Positions 48,518 to 57,754 of a stretch of DNA of 64,000 nt are shown here, one piece after another. A program made the translations under genes and the position numbers. Positions within the stretch are counted from its first letter, which is position 1; every line of letters begins with the position of its first letter. The notes under the pieces were generated by a model, which was given only the letters and a program-made list of their open reading frames with translations, ran no database searches and had not been told where the DNA came from. Source of the stretch: Terriglobia bacterium (GTDB taxonomy: Bacteria > Acidobacteriota > Terriglobia > UBA7540 > JAPUME01); contig OZ244973.1 of NCBI GenBank assembly GCA_965222885.1, forward strand, positions 3,141,664 through 3,205,663, written 5' to 3'.

Positions 48518-49137
48518 CGAGGCTTCTCCATCGCATCGGAAAAGAAATCGAACTCACACTGCATAGCGTAACGATAGCAGGTCCGCACGGCAGGGGCATC
48601 CGTCGCCAGCCGATCCAGGAGGCCCTCCACACGGGAAGCCAACTCCATGAACTCCCCGCTGCTGTAGGCGGCAATCCAGCGCCGATAAGGGTGGCCATCG
48701 CTCGCAGCCGAGGCCAGCTCGGCACCCAGATAAGCATAAAGGCGCATGCATGGGGTTATCGCCGCCAACGTTTCCGCCGGTGAGGTGTGCCATGCGGTGT
48801 GTAAAAGAAAGTCCGTGTAGGATTCACAAGCGTGGTTCGGAATCACATCCCCCAGCTCAATCCCCAATTCCACCGCATAGGCTCGATGCATCTCCAACTC
48901 CTCCAGGACTCCACTCATCAAAGCGTGAAGATCACACTGGGCCGCAGCATCCTTCGTCCGGGCCAGCGCCAGCGAGTAAGCCTTGAGAAAGGCGCGCAGG
49001 AAAAAGGCATCTTGGGCCACATAACCGGAAAACAAGCCGGCCTCCAAGGTTCCGCCGCGCAGGGCCGAAACAAACGGATGCCTCAGGCAGGAGGCTGCCA
49101 AATCCTGATTCGAGGTCCAGAGTTTTTCATGGAGCAT
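48514..49137 (-). CDS. tenA: TenA-family aminopyrimidine aminohydrolase (thiaminase II), Cys-containing type
   Basis: 'HPFVSALRGGTLEAGLFSGYVAQDAFFL'. The segment 'LAAITPCMRLYAYLG' aligns with B. subtilis TenA 'LAALLPCYWLYYEVG', which contains the catalytic Cys135. Confidence 0.85.
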   Translation of the reverse strand: MLHEKLWTSNQDLAASCLRHPFVSALRGGTLEAGLFSGYVAQDAFFLRAFLKAYSLALARTKDAAAQCDLHALMSGVLEELEMHRAYAVELGIELGDVIPNHACESYTDFLLHTAWHTSPAETLAAITPCMRLYAYLGAELASAASDGHPYRRWIAAYSSGEFMELASRVEGLLDRLATDAPAVRTCYRYAMQCEFDFFSDAMEKPR

Positions 49138-49755
49138 TCAGCCCTCCCACGTCATCTTCCAGAAGTCGCGCTCGTGCCGTAGGACAGAATCGAAGGCCCT
49201 TTGTGCTCCCTCGTGCGGGTATCTTGCGGACAGAGCACCCAGCGCTGATACGTACTCGGCAAAGGCCGGATTCGACCACCGTTCAATGAACTCAGCGTAA
49301 GGTCCCTTTGCCTCCAGCCCACTCCAGGCCGCCAGATAGGAGACCTCCACGCCGAACAATATCGCCAGCAGCACCGGATAGGGTTCTCCGTAGGCGGACC
49401 GGACCAGAAAATCAATGTAGCTGCGGCAGGTCGGATGGGGCAGCACGTCAAGCTCGATTTTCCGGTGGCGCGAATGCGTCTCAAACCAATCCATTTCGCT
49501 ATCCAACGCGATAAGCCCGGAAATCAGGGGCTTGTGGCAATCACGAGGCGCCTTGGAAAGAAGGATGGCCTGGAAAGTCGTCAAGCCCTTCGCAAACAGG
49601 TAGTCCTGCGAGAGCCAGCAGTGGAAAGCATTCTCCGCAAGGCTTCCTTCGGCCAGTGCATCGAGAAAGGGTGAGCGGGTCGCCTCCTGCCACAATGCAC
49701 CGGCCGCCCGAATGAGATAGGAGTCATCCCATGAACGCTTTACCGTCTTCTGCAT
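49138..49755 (-). CDS. TenA-family protein lacking the catalytic Cys (TenA_E-like)
   Basis: 'SPFLDALAEGSLAENAFHCWLSQDYLFA' has the same fold signature. The segment equivalent to the Cys loop reads 'LLAILFGVEVSYLAAW' (F-G instead of P-C). It abuts the downstream tenA with no gap. Confidence 0.8.
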   Translation of the reverse strand: MQKTVKRSWDDSYLIRAAGALWQEATRSPFLDALAEGSLAENAFHCWLSQDYLFAKGLTTFQAILLSKAPRDCHKPLISGLIALDSEMDWFETHSRHRKIELDVLPHPTCRSYIDFLVRSAYGEPYPVLLAILFGVEVSYLAAWSGLEAKGPYAEFIERWSNPAFAEYVSALGALSARYPHEGAQRAFDSVLRHERDFWKMTWEG

Positions 49756-49879
49756 GTCTATGACCTCGAGGTGATGTTACCGCCAGAGCAAAACAGACCT
49801 ACCTTGCAGCAGCGATCCGACAAAGGACAAGCTTATTATCATCCCGGAAAGGCTCTGGTTTCCACCTTCTTTCCTGATG

Positions 49880-50073
49880 CCATCCCCTGTCTTGCTAAAA
49901 CGTATCCCTCTACCGGAAGCGTTTGGCGGCACGATTGTATTGTACTTGTCGTCATCGATGAAGTGCGTGATCTTGCGAACTGAGTCTCGCCGGGACCGGA
50001 ACGATCCGCGCCAGATGGCCTGTCGAGTCAAGATGCTGAGCCAGAGTTCGATCTGATTGAACCAAAGAAGCAC
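49880..50073 (-). pseudogene. IS630-family transposase C-terminal remnant
   Basis: 'WFNQIELWLSILTRQAIWRGSFRSRRDSVRKITHFID' matches the conserved C-terminal block of IS630/DDE_3 transposases (WLNQIE.WFS.L.R..lrrgsF.S...L...I..FI). The N-terminal roughly 250 aa are absent. Confidence 0.6.
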
Positions 50074-50097
50074 ATGTTATGATATACAGTTAGCCCA

Positions 50098-50745
50098 ATG
50101 TATGACATTGGGCTAGCGAGGGGGTTGGCCCCCTTCGATCCCCGCACCGACATCCACCCGATCGGTATGAAGATTTATGCGGACGGGGACTTCCTGGTGA
50201 GCTTTCACGCCATAGGCTCCCGCAATTTTCCCTATGCCGCGGGAGTGACGCGGATGGGGCCGGACGGCGAACCGCGCTGGACCCGGTTCGACTACAGCCA
50301 CCATTGGCCGACGCTCGACGCGGACGGGACCGCCTATGTCCCCGGGCTCAAGATTGGCGATGAGCCTCTCCCTTCCATTGGAGAGAGATGGGCGCACAGC
50401 CTCAACCTGCCGTGCGACAGTGGACGTCCTATTCTCGACACCGTCCAGGTAATCGACGGCGACGGCCGCCTGATCGAGGAGATCGAGCTGATGCCGATCC
50501 TCCTGCGATCGAACCGGGTCGAACTGGTGCGGCAGTCCGAGAGGGGCTGCGATCCGTTGCACTTGAACTATATCGACATTGTCGGCGCCGACGCCGGGCC
50601 GGGCCTCGTTGCGGGCGATCTGGTGCTTTCGTTGCGCAACCTGTCGCGTTTCGCCATCCTCGATCCGCGGACACGCCGCATCAAGCGCGTGGTGGGCGGC
50701 ACGGTAGCCGTAGCGGCGATCTTCTGGCTGGCGAGGCGCCGTTGA
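50098..50745 (+). pseudogene. Internal fragment of an arylsulfotransferase (ASST)-like beta-propeller gene
   Basis: 'DYSHHWPTLDADGTAYVP', 'CDPLHLNYIDIV' and 'GDLVLSLRNLSRFAILDPRTRRIKRVVGG' resemble ASST-family proteins. At about 215 aa it has no signal peptide or N-terminal region, and the C-terminal third is missing. Confidence 0.45.
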
Positions 50746-51044
50746 CGGACCTTAAGGCCAACTACTCCGTCATCGACCGCTTGGTGCACAACCTGGCCAT
50801 GGGTCAGACCGAGACACAGATATTGCTGTCCCGGATCGAGGACGGGCGTTTCAACAGGGACCATGCAGATATAACGGCGAACGCGCCGGTCTTCATTACC
50901 TCGCTGCCGCGGGCCGGCACCACGTTGTTGCTTGAGCTCGTCGCCGGCACGCAGGACTTCGCCGCCCACACCTACCGCGACATGCCCTTTCCGCTATGCC
51001 CGCTGACGTGGGACCGTCTCGCGCGGCGGGGCTGGCGGCCCTAG
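50742..51044 (+). pseudogene. N-terminal fragment (about 100 aa) of a sulfotransferase-family gene
   Basis: 'VIDRLVHNLAMG...' followed by the PAPS 5'-phosphosulfate-binding loop 'PVFITSLPRAGTTLLLELV' and 'YRDMPFPLCPLTW'. It ends prematurely at 51042-51044. The downstream sequence is unrelated. Confidence 0.5.
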
Positions 51045-51209
51045 AAACCCGCATCGGGGCGGCGGCGGGCAGTCTCACGGCGCAGGCCGCGCGCATCCGC
51101 GCCGCGCCCGCACACGGGCCGGCAACGGATATCGCCGCCGGCCGTGTCCGCCGGCTGGAAGAAATACGAGCGCAACTCAATGCCCGCGCGAGACCGTCAA
51201 CGTTAAATT

Positions 51210-51243
51210 AAGCCCGATAAAGCCGCTTATCGGGCTTTTCTCT
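51210..51243 (+). terminator. Rho-independent terminator
   Basis: Perfect 11-bp stem AAGCCCGATAA / TTATCGGGCTT, loop AGCCGC, followed by a T-rich TTCTCT run. Confidence 0.65.
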
Positions 51244-51652
51244 CCCTCTGTGGTTCTTGTCTGGCGGGCATGGGAGAATAGGGCATGCAGCGTAAACGGG
51301 ACAGCTTAGTTCCCATCAGGAGAGTCTTCAGCAACCTGGGCGGCCCGGTGAAAGCGCTCCGCTCCCTCCGCACCAGACGCGCACACCTCCCCCGGACTTC
51401 ATCGGGACCGGTCCCATCCGTCGCCCCGGACCAGTCTCACATGTATTGGGATCCGGACAGTATGTTTATGTTACGGAGCACTCGGAACAGATTCTTCGGC
51501 CTTCTAAGGTTGTCCGCTCGAAGTTAACAGGGAGGTTAAAACAGGTGGGGAAGCTATGGATTATCGAGGCCCATATTGAATTTCGCAGTCTTTTTGAGTA
51601 AGGTCTTAAAAAGCATATCGGAAATAATTCTTATTGATCTGGGGATTTGGAA

Positions 51653-54199
51653 ATGAGCGGTCGGGGCACACTGCATAATTGTTTATCACTGGCTGGAATC
51701 TGGATTCTCACCATCGAGATGGCACCCGCGCAGTCGCCGGTCAGCTTTCATAGGCAGGTGCGACCCATCTTGGAGCAGCGCTGTCAAATGTGCCACGCAG
51801 CCGAACAAGGACAGGCCAACCTGGCGCTGACCAGTTACCAGGGTCTGCAAAAAGGAGGCAGGAGCGGCCCTGTCGTGGTGCCGGGAAGTCCCGAAGAGAG
51901 CCTGCTGATCCAACAGATCAGCGGTGAGCAACCCGCCATGCCGCAAGTCGGTGACCCCCTCAATCCAATCGAGGTGGGATTAATCGCCCGCTGGATTGCG
52001 GAGGGCGCCAAGGACGATACACCTGCGGCGCGGGGAACGGAAACCCCCAAGTGGTGGTCGCTGCAGCCGCTAAAGCACCCCCCTTTGCCGGAGGAAGACT
52101 CAAGCTGGATACGGACTCCGATCGATTTATTCATCCTGGCCAAGTTGAAGGAGAAGGGACTTGCGCCCTCCCCGGAAGCCGATCGGCGGACCTTGATTCG
52201 CCGGCTCAGCTATGACCTCCACGGTCTGCCGCCCAACCCCAACCAGGTCGATGCTTTCGTCAACGACCCTTCGACCGATGCATACGAAAAGCTGGTCGAG
52301 CGCCTGCTGGCCTCGCCGCGCTATGGTGAGCGCTGGGGGAGACACTGGCTGGACGTCGTCCACTACGGCGAATCGCACGGATACGACAAAGACAAACCAC
52401 GCCGCCATGCCTGGCCCTATCGTGATTACGTGATTCGGTCCTTGAATGAAGACAAGCCCTATGCTCGGTTCGTCGAAGAGCAACTGGCAGGTGACGTCCT
52501 CTTTCCCGATGATCCGCAGGGCGTGGTGGCTACCGGGTTTATCGCCGCCGGCCCCTGGGACTATGTCGGACACGCGGAGTTGCGCGAGGGCACCAAGGAC
52601 AAGAAAATCGCACGGCTCCTCGACCGTGATGACATGCTGACGGCGACCATGTCCACGTTCGTGAGCTTGACCGCCCATTGCGCCCGCTGCCACGACCACA
52701 AGTTCGATCCCATCCAACAGGAAGACTACTACAGCTTGCAGGCCGTGTTCGCGGGTGTGGACCGCGCTGACCGCCCTTATGACCCGGACCCCGAAACGTA
52801 CCAACAGCGTCGTGGACTGCTCAAGCAGAAACGCGAAATCCAAGCCGGCATCCAACCCTTTTCGGACGCCGTCGCCAAGCTTTCGAGCCCGGAAATCGAA
52901 GCTCTCGATCAACAGATGGATCTGCTGCGGGACCAACGAGTCCACCTGAACCATGCCAAAACAGCCGGAAAGACGCCGGAAGAACGTGCCCAAAACGAGG
53001 TACTCGACCAGCAGCTCAAGGCTGCGAAGGAAAAGCTCGACAAGGCCAAAGAACGTCGCCGGGAGTTGACCTACGCATTGCTCGACGAGGACGACCAAAG
53101 GAAACTAGCGACACTGCAGGAACAGCTCGTCCGGGTGCAGGAGAAACTGGCCGAATTTCCCAAGCCCCACATCGTCTATGCTGCGGCCAACCATTTCGAA
53201 ACTTACGGTAATTTCCGTCCCGCCTGGACTCCGCGCCCGGTACACCTGCTGGGCCGCGGCAGCGTGGAAGCTCCCGGCAAGCGGATGGGTCCTGGAGCCG
53301 TCTCAGCGGTCGAAGGCTTGCCTTCCCGGTTCAAGATCGAAGATCCGAACGACGAAGGCAAGCGACGCGCCGCTCTGGCGAAATGGATTATCGATGCGCT
53401 GAATCCCCTGACGTGGCGTTCCATCGTCAACCGCATTTGGCACTATCACTTCGGCAAAGGGATCGTGGACACCCCGAACGATTTCGGACGAATGGGCTCG
53501 CAGCCCACGCATCCGGAGCTACTGGACTGGCTGGCTGTGGAGTTCCAAAAGAACGGCGGTTCCTTCAAGGACCTGCATCGATTGATCCTTACGAGCGCCG
53601 TTTACCGCCAATCATCCCACGAGAATCCCCAGTACGCCAAGATTGACTCCGGCAACCGGTATCTGTGGCGGATGAACCGCTTGCGTCTTGACGCCGAGTC
53701 CGTTCGCGACTCGGTTCTGTACATCACCGGCAAGCTCGACCTGACGATGGGAGGGCCTTCGGTGGAGCAGTTCTTCTTCAAGGACGATCACTCTCCGGTT
53801 TACGATTACACCCGGTTTGATCTCGATAGTCCCACGAGTTACCGGAGAAGTATCTATCGTTTTCTCGTGCGCAGCGTCCCTGACCCTTTCATGGAGAGTC
53901 TTGACTGTCCCGATCCCTCGCTGCTGACTCCCAAGCGAAACAGTACGCTTACGGCCATCCAAGCGCTGGCGCTGCTCAATGACCCCCTCATCGTGAAGCA
54001 GGCGGAGCACTTCGCCGCCCGGCTGCGAAAGGCCGGTAACGATTTACCGAACCAGATCGAGGCGGCCTACCATCTGGCGCTGGGCCGAGCCCCCCGTACC
54101 GATGAGTCCCGGATGCTCGCCGTCTATGCGGAGACGCACGGGCTTGAGAACCTGTGCCGACTGATTTTCAACAGCAACGAGTTTATGTTTGTGGATTGA
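51653..54199 (+). CDS. PSCyt1/DUF1549/DUF1553 protein (intact)
   Basis: 'CQMCHAAE' (CxxCH), 'SPRYGERWGRHWLDVVHYGESHGYDKD', 'CARCHDHKFDPIQQEDYY', a coiled-coil middle region, and a PSD1-type C-terminus 'LIFNSNEFMFVD'. ATG at 51653 is preferred over TTG at 51647. Confidence 0.9.
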   Translation: MSGRGTLHNCLSLAGIWILTIEMAPAQSPVSFHRQVRPILEQRCQMCHAAEQGQANLALTSYQGLQKGGRSGPVVVPGSPEESLLIQQISGEQPAMPQVGDPLNPIEVGLIARWIAEGAKDDTPAARGTETPKWWSLQPLKHPPLPEEDSSWIRTPIDLFILAKLKEKGLAPSPEADRRTLIRRLSYDLHGLPPNPNQVDAFVNDPSTDAYEKLVERLLASPRYGERWGRHWLDVVHYGESHGYDKDKPRRHAWPYRDYVIRSLNEDKPYARFVEEQLAGDVLFPDDPQGVVATGFIAAGPWDYVGHAELREGTKDKKIARLLDRDDMLTATMSTFVSLTAHCARCHDHKFDPIQQEDYYSLQAVFAGVDRADRPYDPDPETYQQRRGLLKQKREIQAGIQPFSDAVAKLSSPEIEALDQQMDLLRDQRVHLNHAKTAGKTPEERAQNEVLDQQLKAAKEKLDKAKERRRELTYALLDEDDQRKLATLQEQLVRVQEKLAEFPKPHIVYAAANHFETYGNFRPAWTPRPVHLLGRGSVEAPGKRMGPGAVSAVEGLPSRFKIEDPNDEGKRRAALAKWIIDALNPLTWRSIVNRIWHYHFGKGIVDTPNDFGRMGSQPTHPELLDWLAVEFQKNGGSFKDLHRLILTSAVYRQSSHENPQYAKIDSGNRYLWRMNRLRLDAESVRDSVLYITGKLDLTMGGPSVEQFFFKDDHSPVYDYTRFDLDSPTSYRRSIYRFLVRSVPDPFMESLDCPDPSLLTPKRNSTLTAIQALALLNDPLIVKQAEHFAARLRKAGNDLPNQIEAAYHLALGRAPRTDESRMLAVYAETHGLENLCRLIFNSNEFMFVD

Positions 54200-54217
54200 A
54201 AGGGAGGGAGAACCAAA

Positions 54218-55702
54218 ATGAGAAGTGACGGCCCGCACGGTTGTAGCTCCCAGCAATCGCCCATCGGCGACGAAACCGCCGTTCTCCCCACCATCAGTCG
54301 TCGGGAATTCCTGTGGAACTGGGGCGGCGGACTCGGCGGGATCGCGCTGGCGCACCTGCTGGCGGGAACCTCTGCGGCCAAGTCTCGCCCTGAGTTCAAC
54401 GGCGGCCTGCACCACCACGCCAAAGCGAAGCGGGTCGTTCAGCTATTCATGTCGGGTGCGGCCAGTCAGGTGGACACCTTCGATTACAAGCCGGAAGTGA
54501 TCAAGCGGAGCGGAGAGAAATTCGACCCCGGCGAAAAAGTGGAACTGTTTCAGAGCGAACCGGGTCCGGTTATGAAAAGCCCCTGGGACTGGAAGCAGCA
54601 CGGAGAATGCGGCAAATGGGTAAGCAGCTTGGTGCCCCAACTGGCGAGCTGCGTCGATGAGATTGCCTTTTTCCACTCGATGATTTCCAAATCGAACGTC
54701 CATGGCCCCGCTACGTTCATGCAGAACACCGGCTATGTGCTTCCGGGATTCCCCAGCGTGGGGGCTTGGCTATCTTACGGGCTGGGCAGCATGAACGACA
54801 ATCTGCCTACTTTCGTTGTGCTCCCGGATGTGCGTGGTTTCCCGCCCAACGGTCCGGGCAACTGGGTGGCCGGCTTTCTACCCGCATCGCACCAGGGGAC
54901 CATGATTCGCGTGGGACGCCCCAATCCCATCCACGACCTTTTCCCGCCCGAATCCGCGCAATACATCACCGCTTCGGGCGAGGCCGACACTCTCAAGATA
55001 TTACAGAAACTGAACCGCGCTCATCAGGAGGAGCGGGGCGCCGACTCACGGCTGGAAGCGCGCATCCGTTCCTACGAGATGGCCGCCAAGCTCCAGCTCA
55101 GCGCTCCCGAAGTCATGAACATCTCGGGAGAGTCCACCAACACCCGGAAACTGTACGGAGTGGATGAGCCGGCCACCCGGGATTTCGGGACTCGCTGCCT
55201 GGTCGCGCGCCGGCTTCTCGAAAAAGGAGTCCGCTTCGTTCAGGTTTGGAGCGGGGCCGATAACGGCTTCCCGAGAAGGAATTGGGACAGTCACGAAAAT
55301 ATTGAAAAGGACCACGGCGACATGGCCGCGGAAATGGATCGGCCGGCCGCCGCGATGATCAAAGACCTCAAGTCTCGCGGTTTGCTGGAGGACACCATCG
55401 TCTATTGGACGACCGAGTTCGGCCGCATGCCCTGCAGTCAGGGGAGCAAAGGGCGGGACCATAACCCGTTCACCTTCACCTGTTGGCTCGCAGGCGGCGG
55501 TGTGAAAGGCGGCGTGACCTACGGAACCAGCGATGATTGGTCCTACAAAGCCGCGGAAAATCCCCTCTACTGCTATGACCTGCATGCCACAGTCTTGGAA
55601 CGGCTCGGAATCGATCACGAGAAATTGACCTTCCGACACAACGGCATCGACCGCCGCCTGACCGACGTTCACGGGCGGGTCATCCAGGAGGTTCTCGCTT
55701 AA
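54218..55702 (+). CDS. DUF1501 family protein, Tat-type signal
   Basis: GGGAGGGAG RBS lies 7 nt upstream. 'ISRREFLWNWGGGLGGIALAHLLAG', 'FMSGAASQVDTFDYKP' and 'GRDHNPFTF'. It lies 18 nt after the DUF1553 gene. Confidence 0.9.
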   Translation: MRSDGPHGCSSQQSPIGDETAVLPTISRREFLWNWGGGLGGIALAHLLAGTSAAKSRPEFNGGLHHHAKAKRVVQLFMSGAASQVDTFDYKPEVIKRSGEKFDPGEKVELFQSEPGPVMKSPWDWKQHGECGKWVSSLVPQLASCVDEIAFFHSMISKSNVHGPATFMQNTGYVLPGFPSVGAWLSYGLGSMNDNLPTFVVLPDVRGFPPNGPGNWVAGFLPASHQGTMIRVGRPNPIHDLFPPESAQYITASGEADTLKILQKLNRAHQEERGADSRLEARIRSYEMAAKLQLSAPEVMNISGESTNTRKLYGVDEPATRDFGTRCLVARRLLEKGVRFVQVWSGADNGFPRRNWDSHENIEKDHGDMAAEMDRPAAAMIKDLKSRGLLEDTIVYWTTEFGRMPCSQGSKGRDHNPFTFTCWLAGGGVKGGVTYGTSDDWSYKAAENPLYCYDLHATVLERLGIDHEKLTFRHNGIDRRLTDVHGRVIQEVLA

Positions 55703-56046
55703 AACCCCCGACTCAATCAGGACCCCCTCCGGTAGCGGATTCAAACTACGCTCGCGAGGACCTGTCCGCAGGTTTCGAGTCGAATATCAGGTTCAGGGCG
55801 GTCGATTTTTCTCGACCGGATGCATCGGCTCTCCCGCAAGCGGCTATCTTGCCGATCTGGATATAGCCTCCCGTTCACCGCTTGAGCCTTGACATTACCT
55901 CAAGGTGACCGCTAACTTATTGTTTTTAGACCCGGATGTACGTCGAATGCCGGCCCTAAATTTGCACCCGTCAATTTATCCCAGGTGTCTGTTGGGGTTC
56001 GGCGGCCTGCTTCTACTGCCAACAAGCAAGGGGAAATTTACCTCGG

Positions 56047-57594
56047 ATGGATGTCGGAAAAGTCTTCGCACAAAATGAGATTCTACTGACCGGGGGAAAC
56101 GGCTTCCTGGGAAAAGTGGTCCTGGGACTGTTGTTGGACCGTTACCCCCATTGCAAGCATCTCCATCTGCTTGTCCGCCCTCATGCAAATCAGTCCGCGA
56201 CCGAGCGGTTCACGGAGGAGACCCTACGGTCCCCCGCCTTGATCTCTCTCGCCGAAAAGCACGGCCAGGAATTCCTGCGCCAGAAAATCACCGTTTGGTC
56301 CGGCGATGTCGGGTTGCCGAATTGTGGTCTGAAGGGAGCCGAACGAAAACAGTTGGCGGTGCGGGTAAGCTTGATTCTAAACTGCGCTGGCTTGGTGGAG
56401 TTTTTCCCACCCCTAGACGACTCTTTTTACTCGAACGTCGGAGGAGTCGAAAATCTCATTGCCCTGGCCAAACAGTTCGGCGCCAAGCTGCTCCATGTCT
56501 CCACCAGCTACGTTTGCGGGTCCGCCGATGGGCTCATTGAAGAGACCGACCCCATCCTGGGATATTATCCGCGCCGGCAGGGCCCGGAAGACCAAAGCTT
56601 TATCCACTCCGAGGAGATCCGTGCCTGCCGGGAACGAGTCCAGGAGATTTATGATTCGGAGGTGACTCTCGGTAAAAGGGGCAGAAAAGCCGGCCGAGCA
56701 CGGCGGTCCAAGGACGTGGCCGAGCGGCTGGCCGAGCTGGGCCGCCAGCGGGCCGAGCGCTGGGGGTGGGTCAATACCTACACTTTTGCCAAAAGCCTGG
56801 GCGAACAACTCCTAGCCGCTGATGCGGAGCTGGAATATGCTATCGTTCGCCCGGCCATTATCGAGAGCGCTCTGCGGTTTCCTTTTCCCGGTTGGATCGA
56901 AGGAGGTCGCACTTCCGCACCGTTGGTTCTGATGGCGCTGGGCGGGATGAAAGATTGGCCGGTCCGCAAGGATGCCCCTCTGGAAGTCGTGCCGGTGGAC
57001 CTGGTTGCTTCGGCCCTCTTGGTAGTGAGCGCCTTGCTTCTGGAGGGCCGCCATCAGCCCGTTTATCAGTTGGGGACAGCAGACGTCAATCCCGTCTCGA
57101 TGGGTGCCCTGGTCAAGCTGCTCGACGCCGCATCCCGGACGCGGCTACAAAATAACGGGCAAGGGTGGAAAAAAAGCCCTCTCAGTCGCCGAGGAAAAAT
57201 CCGCTTCCTCTCAGCCGAGGACGCACGCGCCCGGCGGCAACGTCAGCGGACAAGAATCAAGCGAGTCCAGTCCCTGGTGAGCCACCTGGAAAAGTTCCTC
57301 GAGTCTGCGCATCTGTCCGGCTGGGCTTACTCTTTAAGAATCAAAGAGCTACAGGCTTCATTTCGGGAGCAGACGCTCGATCAGTACCTTCCTTTTGTGC
57401 TGAACAACCGTTACGTATTCGAGTCGGAAAATATCCGCTCGGCCTTGTCCCTGCTTTCCGAAAAGGACCGCACGTTACTTCCCTGGGACCCGGAGCGGAT
57501 CGACTGGAAGCATTACTGGGTTCACCATCAAGTTCCCGGAATCGAAAAATGGGTGCAACCTGAGGTTGTGAAAGACTGGTCGTTTAAGATATAG
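56047..57594 (+). CDS. Fatty acyl-CoA/ACP reductase (male-sterility/NAD_binding_4 type SDR)
   Basis: 'ILLTGGNGFLGKVVLGLLLDRY', 'HLLVRP', 'TNTYTFAKSLGEQL' (YxxxK), then a C-terminal extension of about 200 aa as in FAR proteins. Confidence 0.8.
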   Translation: MDVGKVFAQNEILLTGGNGFLGKVVLGLLLDRYPHCKHLHLLVRPHANQSATERFTEETLRSPALISLAEKHGQEFLRQKITVWSGDVGLPNCGLKGAERKQLAVRVSLILNCAGLVEFFPPLDDSFYSNVGGVENLIALAKQFGAKLLHVSTSYVCGSADGLIEETDPILGYYPRRQGPEDQSFIHSEEIRACRERVQEIYDSEVTLGKRGRKAGRARRSKDVAERLAELGRQRAERWGWVNTYTFAKSLGEQLLAADAELEYAIVRPAIIESALRFPFPGWIEGGRTSAPLVLMALGGMKDWPVRKDAPLEVVPVDLVASALLVVSALLLEGRHQPVYQLGTADVNPVSMGALVKLLDAASRTRLQNNGQGWKKSPLSRRGKIRFLSAEDARARRQRQRTRIKRVQSLVSHLEKFLESAHLSGWAYSLRIKELQASFREQTLDQYLPFVLNNRYVFESENIRSALSLLSEKDRTLLPWDPERIDWKHYWVHHQVPGIEKWVQPEVVKDWSFKI

Positions 57595-57754
57595 GCGTCT
57601 GCTGCGAGGCGCTGGTGGCCAACCTGGGGCACCTTGGGGGTACCCTGGGAGCCCACGAAAGTTTATTCTGGCAGCCCCCCTGTCCAATTCACTCAAGAGT
57701 CTCCCCTGGATTGGATTCGGAGGTACGGTAGCGACACAAGAAATACACTCTTAC

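Noticed and set aside
49756-50100. Expected TPP riboswitch upstream of the tenA-tenA-thiD operon.
   Set aside because: Reading the minus strand, I found no CUGAGA or ACCUGAUC..GGAUAAUGCC..GCG core. The region is occupied by an IS630 remnant. A covariance-model search would be needed to be certain.
51285-51527. 80-aa ORF (MQRKRDSLVPIRRVFSNLGGPVKALRSL...) next to the fragment patch. It is vaguely reminiscent of N-termini seen in mobile-element proteins.
   Set aside because: I cannot place it in a family. The composition is Arg/Ser-rich and there is no RBS. It is treated as non-coding or a remnant.
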